Under the pieces are notes generated by a model. The model was not told where the DNA came from. It saw only the letters and a program-made list of their open reading frames with translations, and ran no database searches. Positions 8,095 through 17,203 of a DNA stretch of 64,000 nucleotides are shown here, one piece after another (positions within the stretch are counted from its first letter, which is position 1; every line of letters starts with the position of its first letter). The translations under genes were made by a program, and so were the position numbers. Origin of the DNA: a virus (taxonomy: Duplodnaviria; Caudoviricetes); IMG/VR virus record IMGVR_UViG_3300032216_001476, positions 31,137 through 95,136 of that record; one strand, written 5' to 3'.

Positions 8095-8356
8095 ACTCGT
8101 CTACTTCTACTATTTGATCAGTTTCTTTTGCAATCTCTTCAATTCTTGTTAATAGTCTAACTACATTTATAGAATTAATAGCCCACGGTTCTGTGGGTTC
8201 TTTTTTTTCATCTATACATTTAGTTAATTCACTAATTTCTTCTGAAGTTCTTGAACCCAAGACCATAAATAACAAAGATTGAAGAGATTGTATCATACCT
8301 GCTCCAATAGTAACTGTTATTTCAGCATCTTTCTTAATCATTGCAATTTTAGACAT
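8075..8356 (-). CDS. hypothetical protein, lone antisense gene
   Basis: 93-aa ORF filling the gap between + genes; own -7 promoter element. Confidence 0.7.
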   Translation of the reverse strand: MSKIAMIKKDAEITVTIGAGMIQSLQSLLFMVLGSRTSEEISELTKCIDEKKEPTEPWAINSINVVRLLTRIEEIAKETDQIVEVDESNIEGN

Positions 8357-8372
8357 GTAAATGTATTTCTAA

Positions 8373-8380
8373 CAAAAGTA
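8373..8380 (-). promoter_or_regulatory. Bacteroidota-type -7 element TACTTTTG
   Basis: matches TAnnTTTG, about 16 nt upstream of ATG 8356. Confidence 0.5.
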
Positions 8381-8390
8381 AATAACAATT

Positions 8391-9086
8391 ATGGATTCTG
8401 ATAATATAGAGTATATTAAAACAAAATTTATAGAAAAGTTATGTGTTTCTAAATGGGATGTCAAACTTAGATCTTTTATACAAAGTTCTGATTTTGAACA
8501 AGTTATAAATAAATTAGAAGATGAAACAAAAGCAGGTAAAAGATTTACTCCTGCTTTGAAGTATGTATTCTCAGCTTTTGAGAATTGTCCTATTGATAAA
8601 TTAAAAGTGGTAATAATTGGACAAGATCCATATCCACAAATTAATGTAGCAGATGGTATAGCATTTTCTTGTAGTAGAGTTGATAAACCACAACCAAGCT
8701 TAGTAAAAATATTAGAAAGTATTGAAGACACTCAGATTAAAGATAATGACTTAAAACCTTGGGCAAATCAAGGTGTGTTATTACTTAATTCAGCTTTCAC
8801 TTGTGAAATAGGGAAACCAGGTACTCATTATGATATTTGGCATCCCTTTATGATGTACATATTAGATATGATATGTTATACTAATTCAGGAATAATATTC
8901 ATACTATTAGGTAAAAAAGCACAAGAATTAGAAAGTTATATTACACCTGCACATTATATACTAAAAGCAAGTCATCCTGCATCTGCTGCTTATACCAAAC
9001 AAAATTGGGATAACAATGATGTATTTAATAAAGCTAATAGTATAATTGAAAAAAACAACGGGTCAGATTACAAAATTAAATGGTAA
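8391..9086 (+). CDS. ung: uracil-DNA glycosylase (family 1)
   Basis: KVVIIGQDPYP, ADGIAFS, WANQGVLLLN, SHPAS. Confidence 0.93.
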   Translation: MDSDNIEYIKTKFIEKLCVSKWDVKLRSFIQSSDFEQVINKLEDETKAGKRFTPALKYVFSAFENCPIDKLKVVIIGQDPYPQINVADGIAFSCSRVDKPQPSLVKILESIEDTQIKDNDLKPWANQGVLLLNSAFTCEIGKPGTHYDIWHPFMMYILDMICYTNSGIIFILLGKKAQELESYITPAHYILKASHPASAAYTKQNWDNNDVFNKANSIIEKNNGSDYKIKW

Positions 9087-9514
9087 TGAATAACTATTAT
9101 TTTACGTTTGGTCAAAATCATACATTACTAGATGGTTATCCTATGTGTGACCATTGGATACATGTAAAAGCTTTTGACTATAGTAGAGCTAGAGAAGTAT
9201 TTATTAAAGAGTTTGCATCTCAATATCTAGAAGCTAATGATAAATGGGGTTTTCAATATGATGATAGCAACTTTCATCCAGAGTATTTTCCTAAAGGAAT
9301 GTATATATTTATAGCTGATATTCACGCTGATAAACAATTATGGTGGGGTTATGTAAATATAAATGGTAGCATTTATGTTAAACGTTTTTATGATTTAAGA
9401 GACCTTCAAGAAGCTCGTCAAAGTCAATTTGTAAAAAGAGTATACGGTCCTTTTGAAGTAGTTAATGCAGACGAAGCATTAGAAATAATAAAAAAAGAAC
9501 ATTATCAAGATTAA
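9080..9514 (+). CDS. hypothetical protein (two small domains)
   Basis: YYFTFGQNH..W.FQY domain plus WWGY...KR.YGPF domain. Confidence 0.7.
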   Translation: MVMNNYYFTFGQNHTLLDGYPMCDHWIHVKAFDYSRAREVFIKEFASQYLEANDKWGFQYDDSNFHPEYFPKGMYIFIADIHADKQLWWGYVNINGSIYVKRFYDLRDLQEARQSQFVKRVYGPFEVVNADEALEIIKKEHYQD

Positions 9515-9534
9515 AAACAAATAAACAGTTAAAC

Positions 9535-9855
9535 ATGGCAGTAAACAAAGTAGACCTTTATGTGTCTCAAATTTTGGAAGATCTCAACAATGGTATGACA
9601 TGGTTGAAAAAAGATGATTTGGGATACGGATCAATCGAGAGTAAGTACAATGCAAAAGAACAACAAATTGCAGTAATTAGAAAACACCCTAAACTTAAAG
9701 ATGCTGAAACAACTGTAACCATCTTTAATATTATTGATGACACCAAGCAAGAATTAGTAGAAGCACCTATTGTAAAAACTGAAGTGGTAAAACAACCTGA
9801 ATTAGTACAAGAAACAACATCTGTAGATGATTTTTCAGCATTCCAAGAACTTTAA
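9535..9855 (+). CDS. hypothetical protein upstream of MoxR
   Basis: 106-aa ORF. Confidence 0.7.
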   Translation: MAVNKVDLYVSQILEDLNNGMTWLKKDDLGYGSIESKYNAKEQQIAVIRKHPKLKDAETTVTIFNIIDDTKQELVEAPIVKTEVVKQPELVQETTSVDDFSAFQEL

Positions 9856-9879
9856 TAATTAATAAGTAAAAAAGCAAAA

Positions 9880-10980
9880 ATGGCAACTATTAAAACTGCA
9901 CTTAAGAAAACAGCAAACGATGTAAGAACTATTGAAACTTCTTTGATTAATAAAGAAGAAGTATTTAAAATGCTCGCATTAGCAGAAGCAACACGTCTTC
10001 CATGTTTATTAGTTGGTGCTCCTGGTACAGCAAAAACTAAAACTGTAATCGAATATGCAAAAGCATGGTTAAACAAAGATGGTAAAATGAGTGCAGAAGA
10101 TTTTGCTAACAAAATCTATATTCTAGAAACTGATGAAGGTACCAAAGCATCAGAAATTAAGGGTATGCCAGATATTTCTAAATTATTCACAGAGAATAAG
10201 TATGAACTATCTACCCCTATTGCAGAAGCTGAAATTGTTATTATTAACGAGGTGGATAAAGCATCATCTGCTATTCGTAATGCTATGTTAGGTGTTATGA
10301 ACGAGAGATTTTTGTTTAACGGTAAACATAAGATTCCTTGTAAGTGGAAACTCTTTATTGCAACTTGTAATGAAATTCCTAAAGAAGAAGCTAATTCTCC
10401 TTTCTGGGATAGATTTATGTTGAAACATACAGTTAATCGTGTATCTGCAGGTGAATTAACCAAATATTATACAAAGGGTGCTCGTGAATATCGTGAGAAA
10501 TTCAACATCAACATCCCCTCTAAAGATGAAATGAATCAAATTGTTATACCTGTTAACAAGCTTGAGAAATATCTTGAAGTGGGTTATAGTCATTGTTCAG
10601 ATCGTACTCTCACTTTTGTACCCACTCTTTCAAAAGCAGTAACATATGTGTGGAATGTAAGTATTGATAAAGCACTTGTAAAAACTGCCCAGATCATGAT
10701 ATCTCAAACTGCCGGTTCTGAGCTTCAGAATAAGCTGATGAGTCAGGAAGTTAAAACTGTTATGAGTAAGGTTGATATGTTACAAAGTTATAAGACTAAC
10801 GATCAACTGGAGTTGGCAATTGGAGAAATTGAGAGTTTAATTAATGCATATACACAAAGAAACCAAATGGACGAAAGTCAAGTACAAGAAATAGAGATGT
10901 CTATATCTTATGTTCTTGATAATCATCCTGCAAGAAAAGAAAAACAGCTCACAGATGAGCAACTTGAGTCTTTGATGTAA
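9880..10980 (+). CDS. MoxR-family AAA+ ATPase (RavA-like)
   Basis: LLVGAPGTAKT, IINEVDKA, NAMLGVMNER, ATCNEIP, FWDRF. Confidence 0.85.
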   Translation: MATIKTALKKTANDVRTIETSLINKEEVFKMLALAEATRLPCLLVGAPGTAKTKTVIEYAKAWLNKDGKMSAEDFANKIYILETDEGTKASEIKGMPDISKLFTENKYELSTPIAEAEIVIINEVDKASSAIRNAMLGVMNERFLFNGKHKIPCKWKLFIATCNEIPKEEANSPFWDRFMLKHTVNRVSAGELTKYYTKGAREYREKFNINIPSKDEMNQIVIPVNKLEKYLEVGYSHCSDRTLTFVPTLSKAVTYVWNVSIDKALVKTAQIMISQTAGSELQNKLMSQEVKTVMSKVDMLQSYKTNDQLELAIGEIESLINAYTQRNQMDESQVQEIEMSISYVLDNHPARKEKQLTDEQLESLM

Positions 10981-11000
10981 AATAGATTTTCAAACAATTA

Positions 11001-12530
11001 ATGTATGGAGAGATTAATTTCTCTCCATATATTATAATAACTCTTATTATGAAACAATATAAAAACGTTTATACAATCCTTGAGAAAGTAAAAAAGGGAG
11101 AAATTCAGTCTTATTATAAAGAAAAAGATGGTCTTTTCTCTAAAGTTAATTTTTACAAAAAGACAGACCTTGTAAAACCTTACATGCACTATATAGATGA
11201 AAAAAATTTAAGTAAAATAGTACATTCTTATATTAAAGATGGTAATGTAGTAAGCTCTTTTCTTAAAAATATACCAAGTAATAAAAGTATTGATCCATCT
11301 GATTTTTTATCTAAAGTATTAGATACATTTAGAAACTTTCCTGAAAGCTTACAAAGGGATATATTTAAAATGTTTTATCACAAAATAGATAATATTGATT
11401 TTGAGGATAGAACTGATAAAAATAATACACAGTATAAATTTATAGAGAAATCTAATAATCCTGTTTCTAAGATTATGACTCAAGAGAGTCTTCTGAAATC
11501 TTCTATGTTTACTAGAGAACTAATTTCTCAGTATTGCATGAAATTAGCCTATTTAAATATAGTTGATCCAGAGCAACATAAAAATATGATGAATGATCTT
11601 AATTCTAATAACGATCCTACATCAAATGATATAGAAAAGTCTTTTGATCAAATGATTAGTAGTACAGGTGGATCTAAAACTATAGATCAAGCATTACAAA
11701 GAGCTACTAATATCTGTAATAAATTAGATCAATCTATTCCTGAAGATCTTCAAGATAAGCTTTTTGATAATGCAACTGAACATAGCAATAACTTAAATGC
11801 TGCAAATATTACAATTGATAATATCAACAACATAGGAGATTCAATTCTTTCTATAAAAATGTCTACGAATGGAATTAAAAACATTCTTAAGAAACTATTA
11901 GATAGAACTGTAAATCAGTTTTCTGCAAAACCATATCCTATATATGAAGATTTGTTTAATAGTGATAATGTTGCAAATCTAGATGATTATATAGCTCTTC
12001 ATCCTAAACTTAGAAAGATTATGGCTGAAGATATATTAATCAAGGATAATAAGTATATGGGTAAGATTAATATATATGTTGATATTAGTGGTTCAATGTC
12101 TGATTATTGTGGTATTACGAATCCTGCTACTCAAAAAAGTATGAGTAAAATAGACTTTGCTAAGTCTTTTATAGCAGAAATGACTAAACAAAATCTACTA
12201 AATAATATATACAGTTTTGATACTCTTGTAAGACCTGTCAAAAATGATATTATCAATATAGCTTTGTTAGGTACAGGAGGTGGTACCAGAATTGATTGTA
12301 CTATAAACCACATTATCAATCATACTCATTGTAATAGTATTATATTAACTGATGCAGAAGATTGTTGCAGTATGTATAGTGAAAAAGCATTTTTTATTGG
12401 TGTAAAAGGTGCTAAATTTAATCATTTTAATTTACAAGTTTTGAAACAATACTCTGAGAATCAACAACTTATAGTATTTGATGGAACTAAAATATCAAGT
12501 GTTGATGAAACTGGTAAAATAAAAAAATAA
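11001..12530 (+). CDS. VWA (MIDAS) domain protein, MoxR partner
   Basis: YVDISGSM, GGGT, ILTD MIDAS motifs; likely start ATG 11049. Confidence 0.85.
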   Translation: MYGEINFSPYIIITLIMKQYKNVYTILEKVKKGEIQSYYKEKDGLFSKVNFYKKTDLVKPYMHYIDEKNLSKIVHSYIKDGNVVSSFLKNIPSNKSIDPSDFLSKVLDTFRNFPESLQRDIFKMFYHKIDNIDFEDRTDKNNTQYKFIEKSNNPVSKIMTQESLLKSSMFTRELISQYCMKLAYLNIVDPEQHKNMMNDLNSNNDPTSNDIEKSFDQMISSTGGSKTIDQALQRATNICNKLDQSIPEDLQDKLFDNATEHSNNLNAANITIDNINNIGDSILSIKMSTNGIKNILKKLLDRTVNQFSAKPYPIYEDLFNSDNVANLDDYIALHPKLRKIMAEDILIKDNKYMGKINIYVDISGSMSDYCGITNPATQKSMSKIDFAKSFIAEMTKQNLLNNIYSFDTLVRPVKNDIINIALLGTGGGTRIDCTINHIINHTHCNSIILTDAEDCCSMYSEKAFFIGVKGAKFNHFNLQVLKQYSENQQLIVFDGTKISSVDETGKIKK

Positions 12531-12531
12531 A

Positions 12532-12561
12532 AAAAAGGGAGTATATTTTTACTCCCTTTTT
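12532..12561. terminator. bidirectional terminator
   Basis: AAAAAGGGAGTA/TACTCCCTTTTT between convergent genes. Confidence 0.85.
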
Positions 12562-12689
12562 CATCTACCTTGTCCCCTATATTTACTTACTGGTTTATCT
12601 TTTGGTCCTTTTACTTTAGCAGCTTTGCCACCTTTTCTCCTACCAAATGATATTTTTCTTGAACTATCTGATTTTGTTGATTTTGCCAT
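12561..12689 (-). CDS. small highly basic peptide (42 aa, not in ORF track)
   Basis: MAKSTKSDSSRKISFGRRKGGKAAKVKGPKDKPVSKYRGQGR, TGA at 12563-12561. Confidence 0.7.
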   Translation of the reverse strand: MAKSTKSDSSRKISFGRRKGGKAAKVKGPKDKPVSKYRGQGR

Positions 12690-12706
12690 TTTATATTGAT
12701 TTTGGG

Positions 12707-13234
12707 TTAAGCTTCATTTTCTGATAGTTTACCATTTGAAGATAAAAATATTTTTCTAATATTAGATGGCTGACTAGTATAATTTGGTCTTCTAGCTTGT
12801 GTCATTCTCATCTTTGATATTCTTACAACACTTACTTGATTACCCTGATTACCACCTAATACATGATATGCGGTGGAATCTTCACCAACATAAAAACCTA
12901 CGTGACCTCCTTCTGGACGAGTAAAAGTTAGTATATCACCTAACATAGGTTCTGCTACTACATTACCAAACTTTCTCCAGTTAAGTGCCCACAGTGGATC
13001 TTTTACTGGTTCTCTACCTGATCTTAGTATACAAACTGCAACAAACAAACCACACCAAGGTATTTCATCTGATTTATAAACAGAATCTAAGTTTAGTTCT
13101 TTTGCCCATCCAAGTATTACAGGATTGTGTTTTGGTCCTACTATTTCAGTGGTACCAAACAGTTCTATTGCTTTGAGTAGGTGACGAGGAGCTGTTTCTT
13201 GTTGTAACCAGCTGTACGATTTTGGTAAGTTCAT
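12707..13234 (-). CDS. endolysin, TIGR02594/NlpC-P60-CHAP-like cysteine peptidase
   Basis: DEIPWCGLFVA, GGHVGF, VLGGNQGN; start taken at MNLPKS. Confidence 0.8.
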   Translation of the reverse strand: MNLPKSYSWLQQETAPRHLLKAIELFGTTEIVGPKHNPVILGWAKELNLDSVYKSDEIPWCGLFVAVCILRSGREPVKDPLWALNWRKFGNVVAEPMLGDILTFTRPEGGHVGFYVGEDSTAYHVLGGNQGNQVSVVRISKMRMTQARRPNYTSQPSNIRKIFLSSNGKLSENEA

Positions 13235-13238
13235 TGGT

Positions 13239-13574
13239 TTATTTTTTAAATATTTTACTATAAAAGAATACAAAAACAATATTCCATTCTACTCCATATA
13301 GTATAAAATAAGTTAAAGAAAATGGTTGTTTATTAAATAGTATAGCTAAAACTAGTGATACAATCATTGCTGACTTACATAAATGCCATGCATCTAATTT
13401 ATATCCTCCTATTTTTTTAGCATATTTCCAAGATGTACGTTTATACCAAAAACGCTCATTTAGATTTCTGAATACACTACTATAAAAATTTTCATTTTCT
13501 AGTATATCCATCATTGCATTAAAAATGGCGGCTACTCCTATAAATATAAATGTTACCATAATTTCAGTTTCCAA
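13239..13574 (-). CDS. membrane protein, holin candidate
   Basis: three hydrophobic segments, DAWH motif, upstream of endolysin; likely start 13559. Confidence 0.55.
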   Translation of the reverse strand: METEIMVTFIFIGVAAIFNAMMDILENENFYSSVFRNLNERFWYKRTSWKYAKKIGGYKLDAWHLCKSAMIVSLVLAILFNKQPFSLTYFILYGVEWNIVFVFFYSKIFKK

Positions 13575-14191
13575 TAACTCTGTACTCCATATATAAGTTG
13601 ACCATTTATACCTATACCTACATTAGCACCATATAAATGATCTTTCTTATCTAAATAAAGTATACCTGATTGTAATCCTTGTGTATACAAAGAACCTCCT
13701 ACAAATAGCTTAGAAACAGGAGGTAAAGTGACAGTTTTAGTCACAACAGGATATTTTAACGAGTAAGAGTAACTTCTAGACTGTATCTTATTATTAAAAA
13801 CAGTATCAATAGTTTTAACATATCCTATTGAATCTATCTTTAAACTATCTTTTGTTATATTTTTAGACATATAAGCAGTGAGTAGTTCATTATACTGCTT
13901 AATTAATCCCACATAAGATGTGTCAGGAAGGTATTGTGTATCTCTTGAGGTTATTATAACAGGAATTGTTTCTGTTATAGTGGGTTTTGAGTAGATTGTA
14001 GTATCATGGCTAACCCAAACTGTATCATGTACAACACTAGGTTGTTCTACTTTTGTTGATTTTTTATTATAAATCTCTATTAAAATTACAGCTAAAAGTA
14101 ATAACACAATGAGATTCAATATGTTACGCCAAATACTACTAAATAGTGGTTGTCTGTTTAAAGTATCCATTCTTTTTTTTTGGATTTTCAA
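13553..14191 (-). CDS. membrane-anchored lysis/spanin-like protein
   Basis: N-terminal TM, HDTVW..HDTTIY repeats, C-terminal amphipathic beta strands ending in W; likely start 14170. Confidence 0.5.
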   Translation of the reverse strand: MKIQKKRMDTLNRQPLFSSIWRNILNLIVLLLLAVILIEIYNKKSTKVEQPSVVHDTVWVSHDTTIYSKPTITETIPVIITSRDTQYLPDTSYVGLIKQYNELLTAYMSKNITKDSLKIDSIGYVKTIDTVFNNKIQSRSYSYSLKYPVVTKTVTLPPVSKLFVGGSLYTQGLQSGILYLDKKDHLYGANVGIGINGQLIYGVQSYWKLKLW

Positions 14192-14462
14192 TAATTATAT
14201 CAGATTTATAAAACGCAATGGGTTTTTGTGGTATATTTGGCAAGTTATTACTACTTGTTTCACCCATAAAAACCTTTGTATTTAAATTTTCAATTTGTTT
14301 TTCCAAATTATCAATACGTGTTTTATCTGTTGCAGACTGAGCTATTAATGCTTTTACATCTGATTTTATTTCATTTACATCCTGCCATATTACGGCAGCT
14401 AACAAGCTAATAACTGAAGGAAATAACCATATCTTGATATTTTCTATCGCAGTACGTGTCAT
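14139..14462 (-). CDS. TM plus coiled-coil protein (holin or i-spanin candidate)
   Basis: IWLFPSVISLLAAVIW then heptad coiled coil. Confidence 0.55.
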   Translation of the reverse strand: MTRTAIENIKIWLFPSVISLLAAVIWQDVNEIKSDVKALIAQSATDKTRIDNLEKQIENLNTKVFMGETSSNNLPNIPQKPIAFYKSDIIIENPKKKNGYFKQTTTI

Positions 14463-14492
14463 TTGTAAAAACGTTAAAAGTGTTTGAAGAAA

Positions 14493-14762
14493 TTAGGCTA
14501 TTTTAAATTCGTAATAAAGTCCAGTTGCAGGAGCTTTTGTACCTATAAAAAGTGAGTTAGGTATAATACTTCCGTCTGCTTTTCTACGAACAAAAAACCT
14601 AAATCCCTTTGGATGCACTTTAGATGAAACTACGTTTTGTGCGGGAATAGTTACTATATTAGCTGGTTTAGGAACAGAAGAATAAGATGTAGCCATCATG
14701 GTACCAGGAATAGGATAACCATATTTGTCTTCTTGAGCGTAATAAGTTAATGTTACAGGCAT
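14493..14762 (-). CDS. hypothetical protein
   Basis: 89-aa ORF heading the inverted cassette. Confidence 0.7.
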   Translation of the reverse strand: MPVTLTYYAQEDKYGYPIPGTMMATSYSSVPKPANIVTIPAQNVVSSKVHPKGFRFFVRRKADGSIIPNSLFIGTKAPATGLYYEFKIA

Positions 14763-14812
14763 CTTAAAAAAAATAAAGAATTATAAATATTATTTATGTA
14801 GATCTTTGAAAC

Positions 14813-14880
14813 AATCTACAATATAATATACTGAAAAATGATCAGTTTACATATATTTGTTAATAAAACTTATAAAGTTT
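14813..14880 (-). promoter_or_regulatory. candidate late promoter plus palindrome
   Basis: minus-strand GTATATTAT-N2-TGTAGATT and palindrome AAACTT-ATA-AAGTTT; second copy at 55709-55768. Confidence 0.6.
14852..14859 (+). promoter_or_regulatory. Bacteroidota -7 element TATATTTG
   Basis: upstream of ATG 14881 at the start of the replication operon. Confidence 0.55.
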
Positions 14881-15369
14881 ATGAATGTAAAAGATTATTC
14901 AAGTACCATAAAATTAAATATGGTTAACAAATTCAAAAGTGAATTCTTTAAAAAATTTAACTACTACCCCACTGTAATTGTAAATTGTGAAATCAGAAGA
15001 CAATATTTGTCTATTATAAATTTAGAACAATTAAAAAAAGCTTTTGAACCATTCTTACCTGTTATTGGAAAAAAGAAATATCTTCTTGAAACCAGTTCTA
15101 GAAAAAGAGAAATTGTAGAGTTAAGAGCTATATATTGTTTTTTTGCTAAAAAAATGGGTTATTCATTGAAAACCATTGCTTTAAGTGTTAATAAAAGTGA
15201 CCATACTACTATCATCCATAATCTAAAACTTTTTGACAATCTTATAAACTACTCCGATAGTTTCCTAAATAAGTATAATGTAATATTTGAACATATTAAA
15301 CAACAAAATGTAGATTATAATGAGTCACCAACTATGGACAGTAGCGATACGATGGAACATCAGTCCTAA
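14857..15369 (+). CDS. DnaA C-terminal (domain IV)-like HTH protein
   Basis: SRKREIVELR..Y...K.GYSL..I....DHTTIIH; likely start 14881. Confidence 0.7.
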   Translation: MLIKLIKFMNVKDYSSTIKLNMVNKFKSEFFKKFNYYPTVIVNCEIRRQYLSIINLEQLKKAFEPFLPVIGKKKYLLETSSRKREIVELRAIYCFFAKKMGYSLKTIALSVNKSDHTTIIHNLKLFDNLINYSDSFLNKYNVIFEHIKQQNVDYNESPTMDSSDTMEHQS

Positions 15370-15886
15370 TCAGTTATATTTTTTAGATTGTTGTAGGAGT
15401 AAAATAAAACCTACAAACATTATTAATGAAAATGCTGAAATACTAATTTCAAAAAACAAAAATCTCTTAACAGAAGACAATCAACTCACTCCAAAAGCAA
15501 TAGCTATTCTAGATGAGTTTGAAATGTATCTTGCCAAAAGAAAGAAAAAAGTTACAGAATTAGTATTAGGAGAAGATTTCTTAGAAAAAGTAAAAGAATA
15601 TAGAGAACTCTTTCCCTTAAAAAGATTACCCTCTGGTGAGTTAGCAAGACAATCTGTAAATGAATTAAAAGATAAGTTTGTATGGTTTTTCAAAACATAT
15701 CCTGAATATACTTGGGAACTTGTTTTAGATGCCACACATTATTATTTACATCTAAAAAGCTTAGATGAATTCAGATTTACTGTTACTAGTAGTTATTTTA
15801 TAAAGAAAACTAACATTACTACAAAAGAACAAATGTCCAAACTTGCAGATTATTGTCAATTATTACTAGATGATGAATCAATTTAA
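15320..15886 (+). CDS. hypothetical protein, possible replication initiator or helicase loader
   Basis: 188-aa ORF just upstream of DnaB; function inferred from position only. Confidence 0.5.
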   Translation: MSHQLWTVAIRWNISPNQLYFLDCCRSKIKPTNIINENAEILISKNKNLLTEDNQLTPKAIAILDEFEMYLAKRKKKVTELVLGEDFLEKVKEYRELFPLKRLPSGELARQSVNELKDKFVWFFKTYPEYTWELVLDATHYYLHLKSLDEFRFTVTSSYFIKKTNITTKEQMSKLADYCQLLLDDESI

Positions 15887-15896
15887 TTCACAATTT

Positions 15897-15928
15897 TTTG
15901 ATATTGTCAATAATAAATAATAAATTTG
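15897..15928 (+). promoter_or_regulatory. Bacteroidota sigma-A promoter (-33/-7)
   Basis: TTTG (15897-15900), 20-nt spacer, TAAATTTG (15921-15928). Confidence 0.55.
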
Positions 15929-16111
15929 ATGAACAATGAGCCAGTAAGTCATGATGAAATAGTAAAAAAGCTATTTTTAGAAATGACATCTCCCACAGAA
16001 GACAATGAATTAAGAACAATTTCATTTACTACATTTAAAAAAATTATTGATAATATGATGGACAAAGCATATTATTATGGACTTTCTCACGCTTCAACCC
16101 AAAATATTTAA
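15926..16111 (+). CDS. hypothetical protein
   Basis: 61-aa ORF, stop overlaps dnaB start. Confidence 0.6.
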   Translation: MMNNEPVSHDEIVKKLFLEMTSPTEDNELRTISFTTFKKIIDNMMDKAYYYGLSHASTQNI

Positions 16112-17202
16112 TGGAACAAGAAGAAAAAAAAGAAAGACCTTATGGTGCAAAGTTGTATTCTGAAATACTTGAACAAGGTCTTCTTTACGTAGAACAAAGA
16201 ATGCAAGGTAAAGTGAGGTCATTTAAAACTCCTTGGGATGGTTTAAATGACTCTGGATTAAATGGTATTGACTGGGGTTCTATGATAACTATTGGTGCTA
16301 GACCTGGTTCAGGTAAAACTATGTTAGTAAATCAAATCTTAGGTGAATCTAAAAAAAATAATCCTGACCAAGATTTTAATATTTTAGAATTCCAATTTGA
16401 GATGAGAGCAGAAACTTCAGCAGGTAGAGCATTTGCTGTTGCTACTGGATTAGACTATAATCAAGTGTTAAGTAGTTACAAACAATTAGATGCTTTTTCA
16501 TATGAACTTATGAAAAAACTAATTCAAGAAACAAAAGAACTTGAGAGTAAAGGAGTATATAGAATACAAGTAACTAAGCCTCTATCTGCAAAAGAGATAG
16601 AAAAAGCTATTTATTTATATTATGAAAAACTGGGTTCAAAACCTTTGATTGTTACCATTGACCACAGTTGGTTAATAAAAAAAGGTGCTGATGAAAAAGA
16701 GAAGATACAAACTCTGTATAACACTACAGAATATTTAATGAATCTAAAAAACAATATTCCTGTTATAATATTTATGATTACCCAGCTTAATAGAAGTATG
16801 GATGATCCTAATAGAAAAGTACCTGGAAGTATTGTGAATTATCCCACATCTACAGATATATTTGGTGGTGATGCACTTATGCAAGGTTCTGATATGGTTT
16901 TAGTTATGAATAGACCTGAACCAAATGGTGTATCTATATATGGTAATAAGGGATATATTATGACTGATACTAGTATTGCACTTCATATTATTAAGAATAG
17001 ACATAGTAAAGGTGATAATAGTATTATATTCTTAGAAGCACAGTATCATTTAGGTAGAGCAGTAGAAACTATTGAACCACAAGTGAGTAATCCTTCAGGA
17101 TTGGGTTATAATAGACTATCAAATCAGAAAAAAGTACCAAACTTAAAAACAGGAGCAGGTAAACCTTTTATACCTAACACAGACATTCAAAACAATTTGT
17201 AA
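16111..17202 (+). CDS. dnaB: DnaB-like replicative helicase
   Basis: GARPGSGKT, FEM, IDH, TQLNR, D.V....R, KNR. Confidence 0.88.
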   Translation: MEQEEKKERPYGAKLYSEILEQGLLYVEQRMQGKVRSFKTPWDGLNDSGLNGIDWGSMITIGARPGSGKTMLVNQILGESKKNNPDQDFNILEFQFEMRAETSAGRAFAVATGLDYNQVLSSYKQLDAFSYELMKKLIQETKELESKGVYRIQVTKPLSAKEIEKAIYLYYEKLGSKPLIVTIDHSWLIKKGADEKEKIQTLYNTTEYLMNLKNNIPVIIFMITQLNRSMDDPNRKVPGSIVNYPTSTDIFGGDALMQGSDMVLVMNRPEPNGVSIYGNKGYIMTDTSIALHIIKNRHSKGDNSIIFLEAQYHLGRAVETIEPQVSNPSGLGYNRLSNQKKVPNLKTGAGKPFIPNTDIQNNL

Positions 17203-17203
17203 A

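Noticed and set aside
14857-15369. Bona fide dnaA
   Set aside because: Only the C-terminal DNA-binding domain is present; no AAA+ domain.
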